From contig MU054391.1 in NCBI GenBank assembly GCA_013239625.1, forward strand, positions 2,633,130 through 2,697,129: 64,000 bases of DNA, given 5' to 3'. Numbering within the stretch: position 1 is the stretch's first letter; the number at the start of each line of letters is the position of its first letter. Made by a program: the position numbers and the translations under genes. Positions 11,041 to 23,148 of the stretch are shown piece by piece. The notes beneath the pieces are model-generated. The model saw nothing but the letters and a program-made list of their open reading frames with translations, searched no databases and was not told where the DNA came from. Source of the DNA: Lama guanicoe. Its lineage: Eukaryota.

Positions 11041-12169
11041 CCCAGCCCATGAAAACGAGCAATCCCATGCCATGGGGCCGCTCTCCCTGCTGGGGCGGCC
11101 TGTGCTCTGTCGATGGAGCATGTATCTCATTGCATAAGCCCACTTTCGCTTTACTATGGCTCAGTCTTGAATTCTTTCTTGCTGGACGCCAAGGACCCTC
11201 ACTTGGTGAGGTGCATCCTGGGGACTTGCTGGAGACCTAGAACATGACCACCCTCTCCCGCCCCATTTTCCTTCAGCAATATTACTGCCTAAGGGAGGAA
11301 ACAGAAAAGCCTAATGCAGCAAGGTCAGTACTTCGATGGGAGACACATGAGACAGTCTGGGAAACCCAAAGGGGTCAATCTAACCTAATTCAGTCTCCAG
11401 GAATCGCGGACGACTCCCCAGCTGGAGGGAAGCCCAAATAGCGCTGAGCATGTACCACCTGTGTACAGCGGGAAGGACGGGGAGGGGGACGGGAGACGTC
11501 AGAAGAGAAAACTGAACACTGCAAGGGGGAGGAGCAACGTGTTCAAAGGACAGAAGGCAAGAGAATCAATGCACTTCTTATTTTTTAACAGTTTGCACGT
11601 CTTCACAGTATTAATACATGAAAACCAGGTGGGTCCAGTCAGTTGTCCTTTTTCTGGTCCTCAAGTTTTTCTTTACTGCAACATCTTCAGGCACCGGTGA
11701 GAAGCTGGAGGGTTCTCTGCACCACCCAGCCCTTCGCTCAGGCTCCTGCCCAGAGCACCGCACCTGAGGGCAGCCGTGTGACAACGCGAGGGCAAGGCAG
11801 GGCACTGGGAGCCACTTGGAGGCATCCCAAATTTATACAAAATGTGTACTTTTTTCTTAATTAATTAATTTTTTCCCACATTTATTTATAAGGAAACTCC
11901 TCTTCTCAATCAGAAACTCTGCAAATAACCTTCACTTCTCTGCTCTGGTTGACTTTCTTAAATTGATATATTTGAAAGGTGGTAAAGTCCAAGGATGAAC
12001 GTGTGACTTCAGGCTCAGCCCTGGGGTGTCTGCCCAGGTGCGACTGGTGCTCTTACTCGAGAATCGATTGCAATTTGCCGTTGTTTATGATTCAAATTTG
12101 TATTTAAGTCTGTACAAATATGGCCTCAAGCTGTGTTTATGGTGTTATAACTGACATTCTCAAGTCCAG

Positions 12170-12480
12170 AATACTGTAAATACATTCCATATTTTTAACA
12201 ACCTTTATCATGATGTTAATGACTACATAATATTCCATCGTGTGCCTACACTATAATTTATTTAAGCAATTGTCTACCTATTTGGTTTATTTCCAAAGCT
12301 TCACTGATGCATTAAAGATTTTAGTAGATAGATCTTTGCCTCTTTGTCTAAATATTTCCTTATGTAAACACTTTGACTTATAATTATTGAGGATCCATAT
12401 TTTGATATGTATTTCCTAGGGTGCATCACCAGTAAAACTATTAGGAAAGATTTTAACATAAGAGAGATTTGTTGGATATC
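12170..12480 (-). mobile_element. Old L1 (L1ME-like) 3' fragment
   Basis: 'taatgactacataatattccatcgtgtgcctacactataatttatttaagcaatt..' is an antisense L1ME-type 3' signature. Confidence 0.6.
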
Positions 12481-12884
12481 TGTGATTTGTGGAATACTGT
12501 GTTGAGAAACATACAAACAAAATACAAGATGCAAACTTACTTTTAGTAATTTGTAACTCAACTAGGAAATCCATATTTCCATATATGTCACAGATATATA
12601 TATGCAATATGACATATATATGATTTGTTTTCACTTATGTCGTAAACGACAGAAGAGGGCCTCGTGTTCTGGGCCTCGTACACCTCTGAGCATCCCTAGG
12701 CACCCCTCTCTCTGTGTAATTCACAGACCAGCAACACACCATCACTCGTGTTTGTTTTCCCAGCTCTCATCTTTCATCTGCCTCCAGTGCCCTGCATTCC
12801 TCCGTCCGCTAGGACAGCTGCTACGTGTCTCTCACAAACTGCCTCTTGATTCTGGGTGAAGGTTTTGCTCACCAAGGAGCCCCA

Positions 12885-13360
12885 GTATATAGGGCTTTTA
12901 ACCTTGAAGGGCCCTTGTATAACCTTCAGGAGGAATCTACGAACTTTAATAGAAAAGAATGCTTTTTTATTTCTTTAGCCTCCGACTGAAATTTACATTC
13001 AGTGAGTACACTCAGCAGATGGTAGGAGCTGGCCAGTGCTTGTGATTGGGTCCCCATGATGGATACGCTTTGGTGATCTTAAAATAGGGTTTCTGTCCTC
13101 AGAATTATGACAGTCGTCAGAGATACTCCTATATCTCGTGACTTAATCATTTAATGCATTGATAAAGAAGCCTATATATTTATCACAAATAGGTTCTTTA
13201 AATATATATGTGTAATTCAACACAATATCATTGATTTCTTTTGAAATTCTATTATATGCATGTGTGTGTGATTCTGTGTGTGTGTGTTTATGTGTGTGTG
13301 TTTTCTAAGAAGGGGTAACTAAGTTATAGCAATTTCCCATGCAGAAGGCACACAAAGATG
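12885..13360. mobile_element. hAT-Charlie DNA transposon relic (MER113-like), with an internal (TG)n
   Basis: 'actgaaatttacatt..ttaatgcattgataaagaagcctatatatt..tcacaaat..ttctaagaaggggt' matches my recollection of an ancient Charlie MITE. Confidence 0.55.
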
Positions 13361-14009
13361 CCAGCGCCTGTATCCTAAACAGCCACAGTCATGCCCTTCC
13401 CAGTATCGCGTCTCACACCGACGTTGTAGCGTTGCCCGTCGCATGCTTCCTGTGGGTACCGCTGCCTCCCTGCTCAACTGTGATACCCTCAGGGTGGAGA
13501 CAAGTTTCCGATTTACATCGCTGAGCCACAGTCCAGGGTCAAATGTGAATTAACCATATAAGTGTTTATTGAACTAGACAAACAGAAGCTAATCTTTAGG
13601 GAAGGTTCTTTGAATTGAGATGGGATTTATCACGGACCTTGGAAACCAAAAGGGCTTGGATTAACAAGGGGCACCGGAGGGGAGATGTAAAAGGGAAAGT
13701 GTATAAAGACAAAAGTTACAGCTGACACGTGCTGTAAAGGAGGGTGTCGGCGGGGGTAACGGGATGCAGCCTCTCATCCTGTAAATTTAGCTGAAAGTGA
13801 GCAAAGGAAATGAGCCCCTGCAAATGGTCATGAATGTGAACCGGTGTCTCAGTCCACACGTGAAGGACTTAGCCTCAGGCGCTGACATTAAGATCTCTTT
13901 AGCTCCGTATTATTTTTTGAAAGTACAAGTAAATGGTACCCCTAGTATAGTTTTTTAGAAGAGAAGACAACAGCCCATAATTTTCACCTATTAAAAAAGC
14001 ATTATTAGA

Positions 14010-14270
14010 ATATTTTGGCGGAATAGTCTTTGTCATAAAAAGTGTTGGCCTTGAGCAATTTTTAGGAAACTGCTGGGTTAAGATATTAAAACAAAATTAG
14101 TTCTCTTAAAACCCTTCCAGCCTTCTCTGTGCTAAGGTTTGTTGTAAATCCCTGAGGAGGAGCGGATACACACAGCCTGACTCACGCTTACGTGGATCAG
14201 GAAGACATTCATCCCTGGGTTCCTCTCTAGGCTGGCGCTACTTAGAGTATATTTTAGGCGATGCCTGCCT
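14010..14270. mobile_element. MER103C-like hAT-Charlie relic
   Basis: 'tttaggaaactgctgggttaag..cttccagccttctctgtgctaaggtttgttgtaaatccctgaggagg..' resembles MER103C. Confidence 0.5.
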
Positions 14271-14959
14271 ATACCCACTTTTCCCCTATCTTAACGTGCT
14301 AAATATGGAAGTGTGCACTTATTTATAGAACGGTAATGCTTGCTGAGCCTTGGAAAATGCGGACAGTTTAAAAGGACATCTCAGCTGTCCCTGCTCGATT
14401 TAAATCCCATAAGTCGCTTCTCCCTCTGGTTTCTTATCAGTATTTCCTGATACGTCTTGTGGACACTGTCTACTTAAATCTGAGCAATTACAGTGCTCAA
14501 TTCATGCAGAAGAGTGTCTGCGTTTAGTTATTAGCGGGTCCTGGCGAGAGGACCACCACCCCGATCACGGGAGGCAGCAGCTGGGTTTTCTTTGGAAACC
14601 TCCCATCCGGGTTATGTGATCTTTAAAAAGACACGTATGGGGAGAAAAATGCGAGCACTGATCACCAAGAACAGGGATCTGATTACTGGTTATGGAGAAT
14701 TCTATCTCCTAATTCCATTTTTCTTGGGGTTTAATTACAGGCTAGTTACTAAAGCTTTGTTGTTGTTTTAATCTGGCAGCGCAGCTGTAAGAAGTATTTG
14801 AAGGAGAATGTTGAGATTCCTTTTAAAATATGTTATATCCACCACGACACTTGCTGATGAGAAATGACTTGTTTACCTTCTTAGTTAGAAGGAAGCATCA
14901 GAGGCAGAAGCTCATCTGAATTTAATTATTTGGAAGCTCCATCCAAACTGTTTCAAAGG

Positions 14960-14975
14960 ATATATATATGTATGT

Positions 14976-15010
<35 letters not shown>
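14960..15010. repeat. (TA)n(TG)n microsatellite
   Basis: Directly visible. Confidence 0.95.
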
Positions 15011-15012
<2 letters not shown>

Positions 15013-15232
15013 AACACCTGATAAAGTCAGAAGCATAGTTTATAGCTCTTGACTAAGGACCGCCTAGCAGGTAATAGTCAGAGTGGCTATGACTCCAGCT
15101 GGACTAACCTAATTATCGATAAGAAATGACAACAGTAAGCCCAGCCTCTCGCCTTCTGAGATGGCCCACCCTCTGCCTGTGGAGTGCGCATCTCCCTGGA
15201 TAAGTCTACTTTCACTCAAAAAAAAAAAAAAA
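15011..15232 (+). mobile_element. Polyadenylated retrocopy ending in MER41-like LTR R-region sequence
   Basis: 15144-15217 aligns with 11088-11152 of the full LTR in this window, then stops shortly after the degenerate poly(A) signal (ggataag) and runs into A15 (15218-15232). Confidence 0.7.
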
Positions 15233-15714
15233 GGAAGCTTAAACTGAGAGGACTCAAGAGAGAAACAGACTTAAAATATCTTATTATCTTGTATTTATTT
15301 TTTAAAAATCTCGATTTTCCTGAAGATCAGTGCCAAAGTTTTTCCTTATGCCTGTATTACTATTAAAAAAACAAAAACAAAAATAAGAAAACAGGAGAGG
15401 TAAGCTCGGGTAATCCCTGTGCGACTGGCTGTCACTGATCCCTCGGGAAGTCCCTCACCGCTCACGTGAGGACACGGGAGGCCCAGGGCTGACAGGGTTT
15501 ATGGTAAATTTCTTAGACTTACTCGCCCTGCCTCTCGCTCTCTTCCCCCGTCGCCTTCCTCCATCTCTGTCCTCTGTTCCCTTTCCACGGTCCATACCCC
15601 ACGCAAGTCCTTCTAAACCAGTGCAGGGCTGTGCTCCTTCCAGGCCTGTGCTCCGTTCTGATCTCTGCAGAGAAGACCCAGACGGCTCTGGGGTTTGGCT
15701 CTGGCTTCTCTAAC

Positions 15715-15850
15715 AAACAGTTCTGTGACACTGAATAGTTGTCTCAAACTCTCAGAGTTTCAGTTTCATGAAAACTGGGGACAGTACATTGGAGGTTGCT
15801 GTGGAAGCAAATGAGATAGTATCCCTATGCTTGAAGAATGGTAGCTGTGC
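15715..15850 (+). mobile_element. MIR SINE fragment
   Basis: 'ctgtgacactgaatagttgtctcaaactctcagagtttcagtttc..aaaactggggacag..gaggttgctgtggaagcaaatgagatag'. Confidence 0.7.
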
Positions 15851-16130
15851 ATTGTTTCCCACCCCACACCCCATGGCTAGCGCTCACTCTCTCCTCCCCA
15901 CATGCGGCCATGGCCTTCGTGCTGTTGGTCACGCTCCCCTGCCTGGACCTCCCCCTCCCCACGTCTTCTCCCGTCCACTTCCTGGAGCTCGTCAGACCTC
16001 AGCTTCTTCCTCACTCGCAAGGGGAACTTTCTCCAGCCTCCTTGACAACTTGCATCTCACCTTATTCTCTTACATCCTCATGTGCTTCATGGAGACCTTC
16101 TCGTAGTTGTTCTTTAAAAAAAAAACACAC

Positions 16131-16460
16131 TTTTATTACGGTATAGTTCCTGTCCAGTAAAGTACACATAGTTCAGTTGTACAACTTGATGAACTGTGGT
16201 AGACGTAGACGCCCATGAAACCACCGCCACAGCCAAGGTGGCTAACATTTGCATCACGCCCCAAACGGTGCAAGTCGCAAACTCCCAACATCCCTTCCCA
16301 CCCCTTTACCCCTGGCAGCCATAAGTTTGTTCTCTGTGTCTGTGAGTCTGTTTCTGTTTTGTAGATACGTTCATTTGTGTCCTTGTATTCAGATTCCGCG
16401 TATAAGCGATACCATATGGTACTTTTCTTTCCTTTTCTGACTTGCCTACTTAGAGTGACA
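16131..16460 (-). mobile_element. L1 3' end, apparently an older L1MB-like 3'UTR joined to a younger cetartiodactyl L1 segment
   Basis: 'ttttattacggtatag..agttgtacaacttgatgaac..gaaaccaccgccacagccaagg' is followed by 'cccctggcagccataagtttgttctctgtgtctgtgagtctgtttctgttttgtagatacgttcatttg'. Confidence 0.75.
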
Positions 16461-18721
16461 GTTGTCCTGTTTTACTTAGTCGCATGAGGCTGCAGATTTC
16501 ATGATAGGAGCTTCTGCTGTCTCACCCCCACTGCCTAGCACAGCGCCTGCGAGACAGTAAGCCAAGAGAACGTCTCAAATAATGGGGTACCTTATAAATC
16601 TGTGATTCTATGAACAGCCTTCCGAGCCATGCCCTTTCCCTACCAACTCAAACCACTTCCTGGAGGAAAGAAAGCTGGGCAGTATCCCTGAGTCATTCTT
16701 CTGATCCGAGCTCTTGGGGTGTGGTCCTCTACCAGAAATCCCGCATGAAGGGCATTAAGTTGCTCCTCATACAAGGAGAGAAGTGGCAGTGACTTGTACC
16801 CTTCCGTGATTCATTAAACAGATAACATGCCAATATTAGCTTCCATAAGTCTTGACTTTCTGCAGGTATTTCAGAGGACTCAAATGGTAAAAAAAAAAAA
16901 AAAAAAAAAAATAAAGTATTCTCCCCATATTAAATTGTCAAGGTTAGTGTTTTAAAGTCTTATACATTTGGTCCCCTCCGCCTTCCTCGTTCCCATGGGC
17001 ACATTTCCTTGTGTATATTTGAAATGTACGTTAACATTAACGTGAAGCAAGAGGAGTTGCTCAGAGGAAAGGACCTTCAAGGCAGGTCCAGACGCTGTAG
17101 CAGACAGTCTATCTTAGTATTTTCTGCAAGTCTTATTAATGGAAAATAACACTTTGTGTGCTCGGTATCTAGGCTAGCTGAAATCTATGTTAGGGAGACG
17201 CTGTCTTGTTGAAGGAAAAAATAATCCCTTAATTCTTCTCGATATTAAAAGACAAAGCTTTCAGTAAAGGTTAATTTTTCAAATTGGAGACCAGTTATAA
17301 CTGTCAGTGGTTCCTATCACCCACATGCTGGCCCAGAAGCGAGAGCGCTGTCTGGTTGAGATTAGCTGCACATTTAAATGATTATCGACTGAGCGTTTGA
17401 ACAGGGCCGTGGGAAAAATGGATGTTGGAAAATGCAACTTGAAAATTGGATCCGTGCCATTGATTAAAGGATCCACTGGGAATCAAATTAAGGCTTTGCT
17501 GGGTCTGCTGAGTTTTGACCTTGGTTCTGCGAGACACTGATATTTGTGTCCCAAGATTTCAGCAGGGAAGTGGCTACTCCCCTGCACATTATCCCTTGTT
17601 AGTACAAGAACTTAGAGTTAGATGTGCTGCTTCCCTATGAGGGGACGGGGGATGACTTGCACATGCTCATGCAACGGTATCACCGGTACTGAAACGTGCG
17701 ATCAGGCAAAATCACACAGGTGACTTAAATGAGTGCAGGCTGTTTATTAATAAATGTCACTATTGATGGTTGGTAAAGTCAATATTGTGCTTGAAATATC
17801 CTTAGCGCTGAAATCAGCATAAAAAATGTCTGCAGCGCTCGTACGTATGGTGGGTGTGGTCTTGATTGTTGTCTGACGATGTAAATTCAAATAGACCCAC
17901 ATTCTGGAAACCCAGCACCAGCTCCCTTTACATAAGCCGCATGTACAAGAAACAAGCAGGGAAAGTGCTTTTTCGTGTCCCAAGATTTCTTTGGCCCAAG
18001 AACACGAATTATTGAACACGTTTGAACCCATGGAAACGGGCTTGTGCATTTGAGGAGCCTGAGAACTAATGATTGTTACTGAGTGTATTTGTTGATTAGT
18101 ATATTGGAAAGGATTTTTTTAATTAGGCAAACAAAAAAGTTTGTAAATTAGAATTGAGTTGGTCCCTAGTCTAGTCTACTTTAACACAACTCCTCATATC
18201 AGTTATCTTTTCCAGGGAGCACCAGTAGCTAATGATAGAACTGAGATGAAAACCCGAGGATGTGAGACTGAGTGTGGCTCACAGGGCAAGACGAGGCTGT
18301 TGTAGGACACCTTTTTTCCATGCATCCTGAGATGTCGCCCTAGCTGGGAGGGGCTGGGGAACCGGCAGGGCAGGTGACCCCAGAGGTGAAAAGGGGGAAC
18401 TATTCTCCCTTTGGCTGCTCCACCGACAGCACAGGGGATGGAAACGCAACGTCAGGGAGCAGTCTTGGGGATGCTCTCCGAGGAAAAGATGGGAGGTCAC
18501 TCAATCTGGAAGCTGAAGACAGCATTTAATTTTTGTCACAAGCCATTGATCCCAGTCAGGAAGAGGGATGGATTTGGCAACCAAAGATGAACAGTCAGTA
18601 GCAGATGGACTGGAGAAAACCTCTTGCTGTGTTCACTTCAGGAATCACTTCAGTTTGCCCTCAAAGATGTCCGGAGAGCAGCCAGAATGCCCAGTTCCTT
18701 AGACTGGTTAGAGAGTGAGCC

Positions 18722-18855
18722 TGCGTGTGTGTGTGCACGTGTGTGTGTGTGTGCATGTGTATGTGCATGCTTGTGTGCACACACGTGCGTGTGTGCATGC
18801 ATGTGTTTGCATGTTTGTGCATGCGTGTGTGTGCACGTGTGTGTGTGTGTGTGTG
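18722..18855. repeat. Compound (TG/CA/CG) alternating purine-pyrimidine microsatellite
   Basis: Directly visible. Confidence 0.95.
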
Positions 18856-19988
18856 AGGAGCAGGTTAACGAAAGCAGACAGCTGAAAAGAGGGAGGATTG
18901 TTTCCTCTAAGTATTAAGCATGTGTTCCCTACTCCCTTCTGTTTGAGTGAGTATTTTCTACAAAGTTATTAGACTCAATACCGTGCTGTGTTGCTAAGAG
19001 TATTCTCAGGGCGATGTGTTTCCTACGACACAGCAGAAGAAGAACCTTTCTATTATCTTTATATCGGGTTTGATAGTTGTGACATCTATCCCTTGAATAA
19101 TAACCAATCTAAGTACGTGCTTTGTAGCTAGAAAGGATTTCAGTGTTTCCGAGACCAAGGATGTGTGCTTGGTACAAAGTAAAAGCAAAACAAAATCTTC
19201 CTAAGATGAACCAGTATATTAACTACCCCGTATTTCTATGCAAGTGGGCCACCAAAGAGCTGACGCTTTTTAGATAGTGCTTCCAGACGACTCACCCAGT
19301 TTTAGATGCTCTCACTTTCACAGGACGCTCAGCCTGCTGCGCCTGGGCTCCTGCCCACGAGCTGTGGTGTGGCCGCCACGCCTTACCACGCAACATGATG
19401 CCAACAGTACGAGACAGAAACATCAGAGCACGCAGCGAGAGAGGCTAAGAGCAAGTCACGGCAGAAGAGTTATACGGAAAAAGAACACAGACCTGATGCC
19501 CTAAGGGCCAGCCCGGGGGTGAAATCTGATCATAAACGTGGCTCTCAATCTCCTTGGAGGCCAATATAGACGATCAGTCTTTCTGGTTTGCTGATGAATC
19601 ACGTCCTCAGCTGCCACAGAGGCGAAATCCCCTTCTGCAGGAAGATGACAGCACAGGGCTGCGGGATCCTCTGTTCTCAGTGACATTCCTCGCACTTCTC
19701 CCCACTATTATTGTGCAATATCGTCATCACTATAATCACCATTGCCTTTAATGTTGTTGAGGGTCAGTCTCTGCAGCATTTCTGTCAATTGCGCTAATTC
19801 ATGCACTCGGTGAGTATTTGTTGGGCTCCCACTCCGTCCCAGGATTGGGGACAGAGACAGAGCTCCAGCCCCGGGAAGCTCACTGCGTAAGACACTTACA
19901 TAAATACCTGCAAAATCACATGCAAGGTCAGTGAAGGAAGCCCATGATCCGGGAGATGTGGAAAGAGAACATGAGATTTAAGTCAATT

Positions 19989-20597
19989 CTTTATTGAAGT
20001 GTAGTCCGTTTACAACGTGGTGTTAATGTCTGGTGTACAGCATAATGATTCAGTTATACATACATATATGTTCTTTTCTTTTTCATCATAGGCCATCACT
20101 AGTTATTGAATATAGTTCCCCGTGCTGGACAGTGGGACCATGTTGTTGGTCTATTTTATGTACAGTAGTATCCACGAATCCTGAGCTTCCAGTCTACCCC
20201 TCCCCTCCTTCCCCCAGTGACCATAAGTAAGTCTGCTTTCTTTATCTGTGAGTCTGTCTCTGTTCTGTAAGTAAGTTTATTTGTGTCTTTTTTTTTTTTA
20301 GACTCCACATGTAAGTGATCTCATATGGAATTTTTCTTTCTCTTTCTGGCTAACTTCACTTAGTATGACGATCTCCAGGTCTATCCATGTTGCTGCAAAT
20401 GGCACCGTTTTATTCTTTTTATGGCTGAGTAGTGTTCCACTGTATAATTATCCCACAGATTCATTTTCCAATCATCTATCAATGAACATTTAGGTTGTTT
20501 CCACAGCTTAGCTATTATGGAGATTCCATAAAAAATTGAAAATAGACTTACACTGCGATCCACCAATCCAGCAATCCCAATCCTGGGCATATATCTG
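19989..20597 (-). mobile_element. 5'-truncated, 5'-inverted (twin-primed) L1
   Basis: An antisense L1 3' end (19989-20516) is followed by a sense ORF2 C-terminal segment (20517-20597). The TSD taagtcaatt is perfect at 19979-19988 and 20598-20607. Confidence 0.9.
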
Positions 20598-21764
20598 TAA
20601 GTCAATTGTAAATGTTGACAAAAGAGAAATGGGAGCTCATTCTTGGCAGAGACCAAGAGTTGAGAAACAGCAGAACGTGTGAAAAGAATTCAAATGACCT
20701 TGGGGGCCCTGGATCACAGAAAGCAAGGCAGTGGAAGGCCCACTGATGACGGGGGGAAGTGAACAGGGGTCCAATCACCGACAGCCTTGCTTCCCTTGCT
20801 CAGACTGAATTTTTTGACATCGTGGTGTTACTGAAGGCCCTGGCACTGTGTGGTGCAGGTGCCCAGACTCTCCTCCCCATTTCACGCAAGTGAGGTGACC
20901 GTCACAGGAGGTGAGGGCGCCATGAAGCCTCGGGAGCCTGCGTCCCCACCTGTGACAGAAGAGACTGACCTCCACCAGCAAAGAGCCTTTGTGTCCAGCC
21001 TGAAGACCTTTGGCCAAAGAAAATGTTATCATCATGGGAATAACTTTCAGGTCTCCAGAGGCTCCATTCATCAGCGTGTGGATGCCAGCTCTGCCTGCCT
21101 CTGGGAGGCACATAATCATAAAGCAAGCCAGAGATAAATATTTAACCTTTCTGATGCTGAATGATTTAGCAGGTACCTCTGCGGGGTCTGGGGAAATGTG
21201 TTCCTTCAGAGTCTAGTACAAATAAGCATTATTCCCACATGATATTACACAGTAACAGAAGAAATAAGGACTTCTGTTCATACTGCCTCCACGTCTTCTG
21301 CACTGAGGTCCCCGCAGAAACTGGAAATGCCACCACGCGGGCCCAGCCTGTCAGCACCCAGGCTGCTGGGGACCGTTGAGGGCTGAGGCAGCTAATTCCC
21401 CTCCTCCCGGATGGTGTGTGGCCCAGGTGTTCTTGAGGACCAGTTACAGGGCTTCTCCTAGCGCGGGGTGGATTAACATCCCATTTTAATGAATTCCATA
21501 AATAAAAGATGATGAATTGCCAGCGCTTTGCAGGCCGTGTGAGGTTAGCTTTATCTCACGATGTGGCTGTGAGATTTCTGAAGCCAGCCTTTCTTTCCCT
21601 TCTTCTTCTTCGGCTCTGTTTTCTGAGATGACGTTCTTGTGTTTAATCATGGGAAAACAGAGTCCCCTTTTGCTTATCAAGGGATAGTACTGAATCCATT
21701 TTTTTGTTTCCCCTATGTTTCGCCTGTCACCTGGAGAAATTGATCAGCTGAGATAACAAAGCGT

Positions 21765-21945
21765 TGTAAAAATAGATAAAAAACAAATTTCTTCTGTGTA
21801 GCAGAGGGAACTATATTCAGTATCTTGTAATAACCTTTAGTGAAAAAGAATATGAAAACGAATATATGCATGTATATGCATGACTGGGATATTAGGCTGT
21901 ACACCAGGAACTGACACATTGCAACTGGCTGTACTTCAGTAAAAA
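21765..21945 (+). mobile_element. L1 3'UTR fragment, camelid/cetartiodactyl type
   Basis: 'atagataaaaacaaatttcttctgtgtagcagagggaactatattcagtatcttgtaataacc..gctgtacaccagg..gtacttcagtaaaa'. Confidence 0.85.
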
Positions 21946-22200
21946 CATGTTGTATCATTTGCCTAAATCTTTGCTAAGAGGGTTGATCTTATGTTGAGTG
22001 TCCTATTACAAATCACAATAAGACAGAGGGAGAAAACTTCTCGAAGTGATGGACAGATTTTTGGCATAGGTTGTGGAGATGATTTCATGGTGTGTCCTTA
22101 TCTCTAAAGTCACCAAGTTGTGTACATTAAATATGTACAGCTTCCTGGCTGTCAATCATACCTCATTCAAGTGTTTTGTAAAAAGGAAAAAAAAAGGAAA
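21946..22200 (+). mobile_element. Older L1 (L1MA-like) 3' end
   Basis: 'ttgctaagagggttgatcttatgttgagtgtcct..gtgatggacagatt..caagttgtgtacattaaatatgtacagc..tcaatcatacctca' followed by an A-rich tail. Confidence 0.8.
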
Positions 22201-22480
22201 AGTTGCCTCTTATTTGTAGGCTGTCACGTGCTGTCTCCTCTGTGTTGAGCTGTATTCCAGGCAACGGAGCACAGAAAACCACTGGCAACTCTACGAAAAA
22301 CGTCTTCTTACGCCTCTCTGGGGAAACATTCAATTACCTGATTTGTATCATAGATGCACATTGCTCTTTAGTCCTTAAAACTCCTGTGCGAATAGAAATT
22401 CAGTTACACAAGGGATCGGACAATGGGGTGTGTGGTTCGTCCCACCTTCAGGGGCTGGGTGACCTGGCCCACGATTGACC

Positions 22481-23001
22481 TGTGTCCACAGAATGGGGCC
22501 CAGCTCCGGCCGCCCCAAGAACAGGCTGGCCCGTGGGGCAGGCAGCTGCCCAGCGTGCCCAGAGGCCTGCGCGCCTGCTGCTCACACCCCGTGCGACACC
22601 CTCCCCTGGAGCGGAGAAGCCGGCGGCCGTGGAGACGCCCGTCCGAGCCGAGGCGGCAGGGCGGGGCCTCGTGTCCCCCGTGCTCGGACTCTCCCTTGCT
22701 CACTGGGTGGAGCCCGCACTCACGCCGGGAGCGGCCCTCCGGCGTGGCTGGGAGCCTCCGTCCCCAGTCCTCCAGGACCTGAATCCCGCCGACGGCCACC
22801 GAGCGAGCGGAGACGCAGAGCCTGTCCCAGCTGAGCCGAGAGGCCTGGGCCCAGCTGGCACGGCTGATTTGACGGCCCTGTGCCAGGAGACCCGGCCAAG
22901 ACGTGCCACGTTTCCTGACCTCAGAAACTGTGAGATAATAAGCGTGTGCTGCTTTGTCCGCTGATCTGTGACACAACTATAGGGCGGTAGAAGCATGAAC
23001 A
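22481..23001 (+). mobile_element. MLT1 (ERVL-MaLR) LTR, unusually GC/CpG-rich
   Basis: Diagnostic 3' part 'ggacctgaatcccgccgacggccacc..cccagctgagcc..ttcctgacctcagaaactgtgagataataagcgtgtgctgcttt', with TG...CA ends. Confidence 0.8.
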
Positions 23002-23148
23002 ATGACTCTGGACAATCTCCAAACTCACGCTGTCTGAAGGTCATCCTAAAAACATACTTTGCTGGCAACGCCCGGAACAAGGGTGGATATAGCGCACTGT
23101 CAGCTAGCTGGATAAAAGGCGAAGGGTTTAATCTCCAAGACCCTGAGT

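Larger units (their letters stand above)
10541..11278 (+). mobile_element. MER41-like ERV1 solo LTR (MER41_BT-like, cetartiodactyl), interrupted by an L1 fragment
   Basis: Starts TGAGACAGGAGGGAAGGGG..AAAACTGGTTAGAACCAACTA..GACACCCCCACAGGTGCCATGGCAGTTCC and ends ..CCCCATTTTCCTTCAGCA. It has TG...CA termini and a ~4 bp TSD (atac/atat), typical of ERV1. Confidence 0.85.

Noticed and set aside
16889..16911. Long poly-A run suggesting a retrocopy
   Set aside because: No recognisable upstream element or TSD; treated as a mononucleotide repeat.
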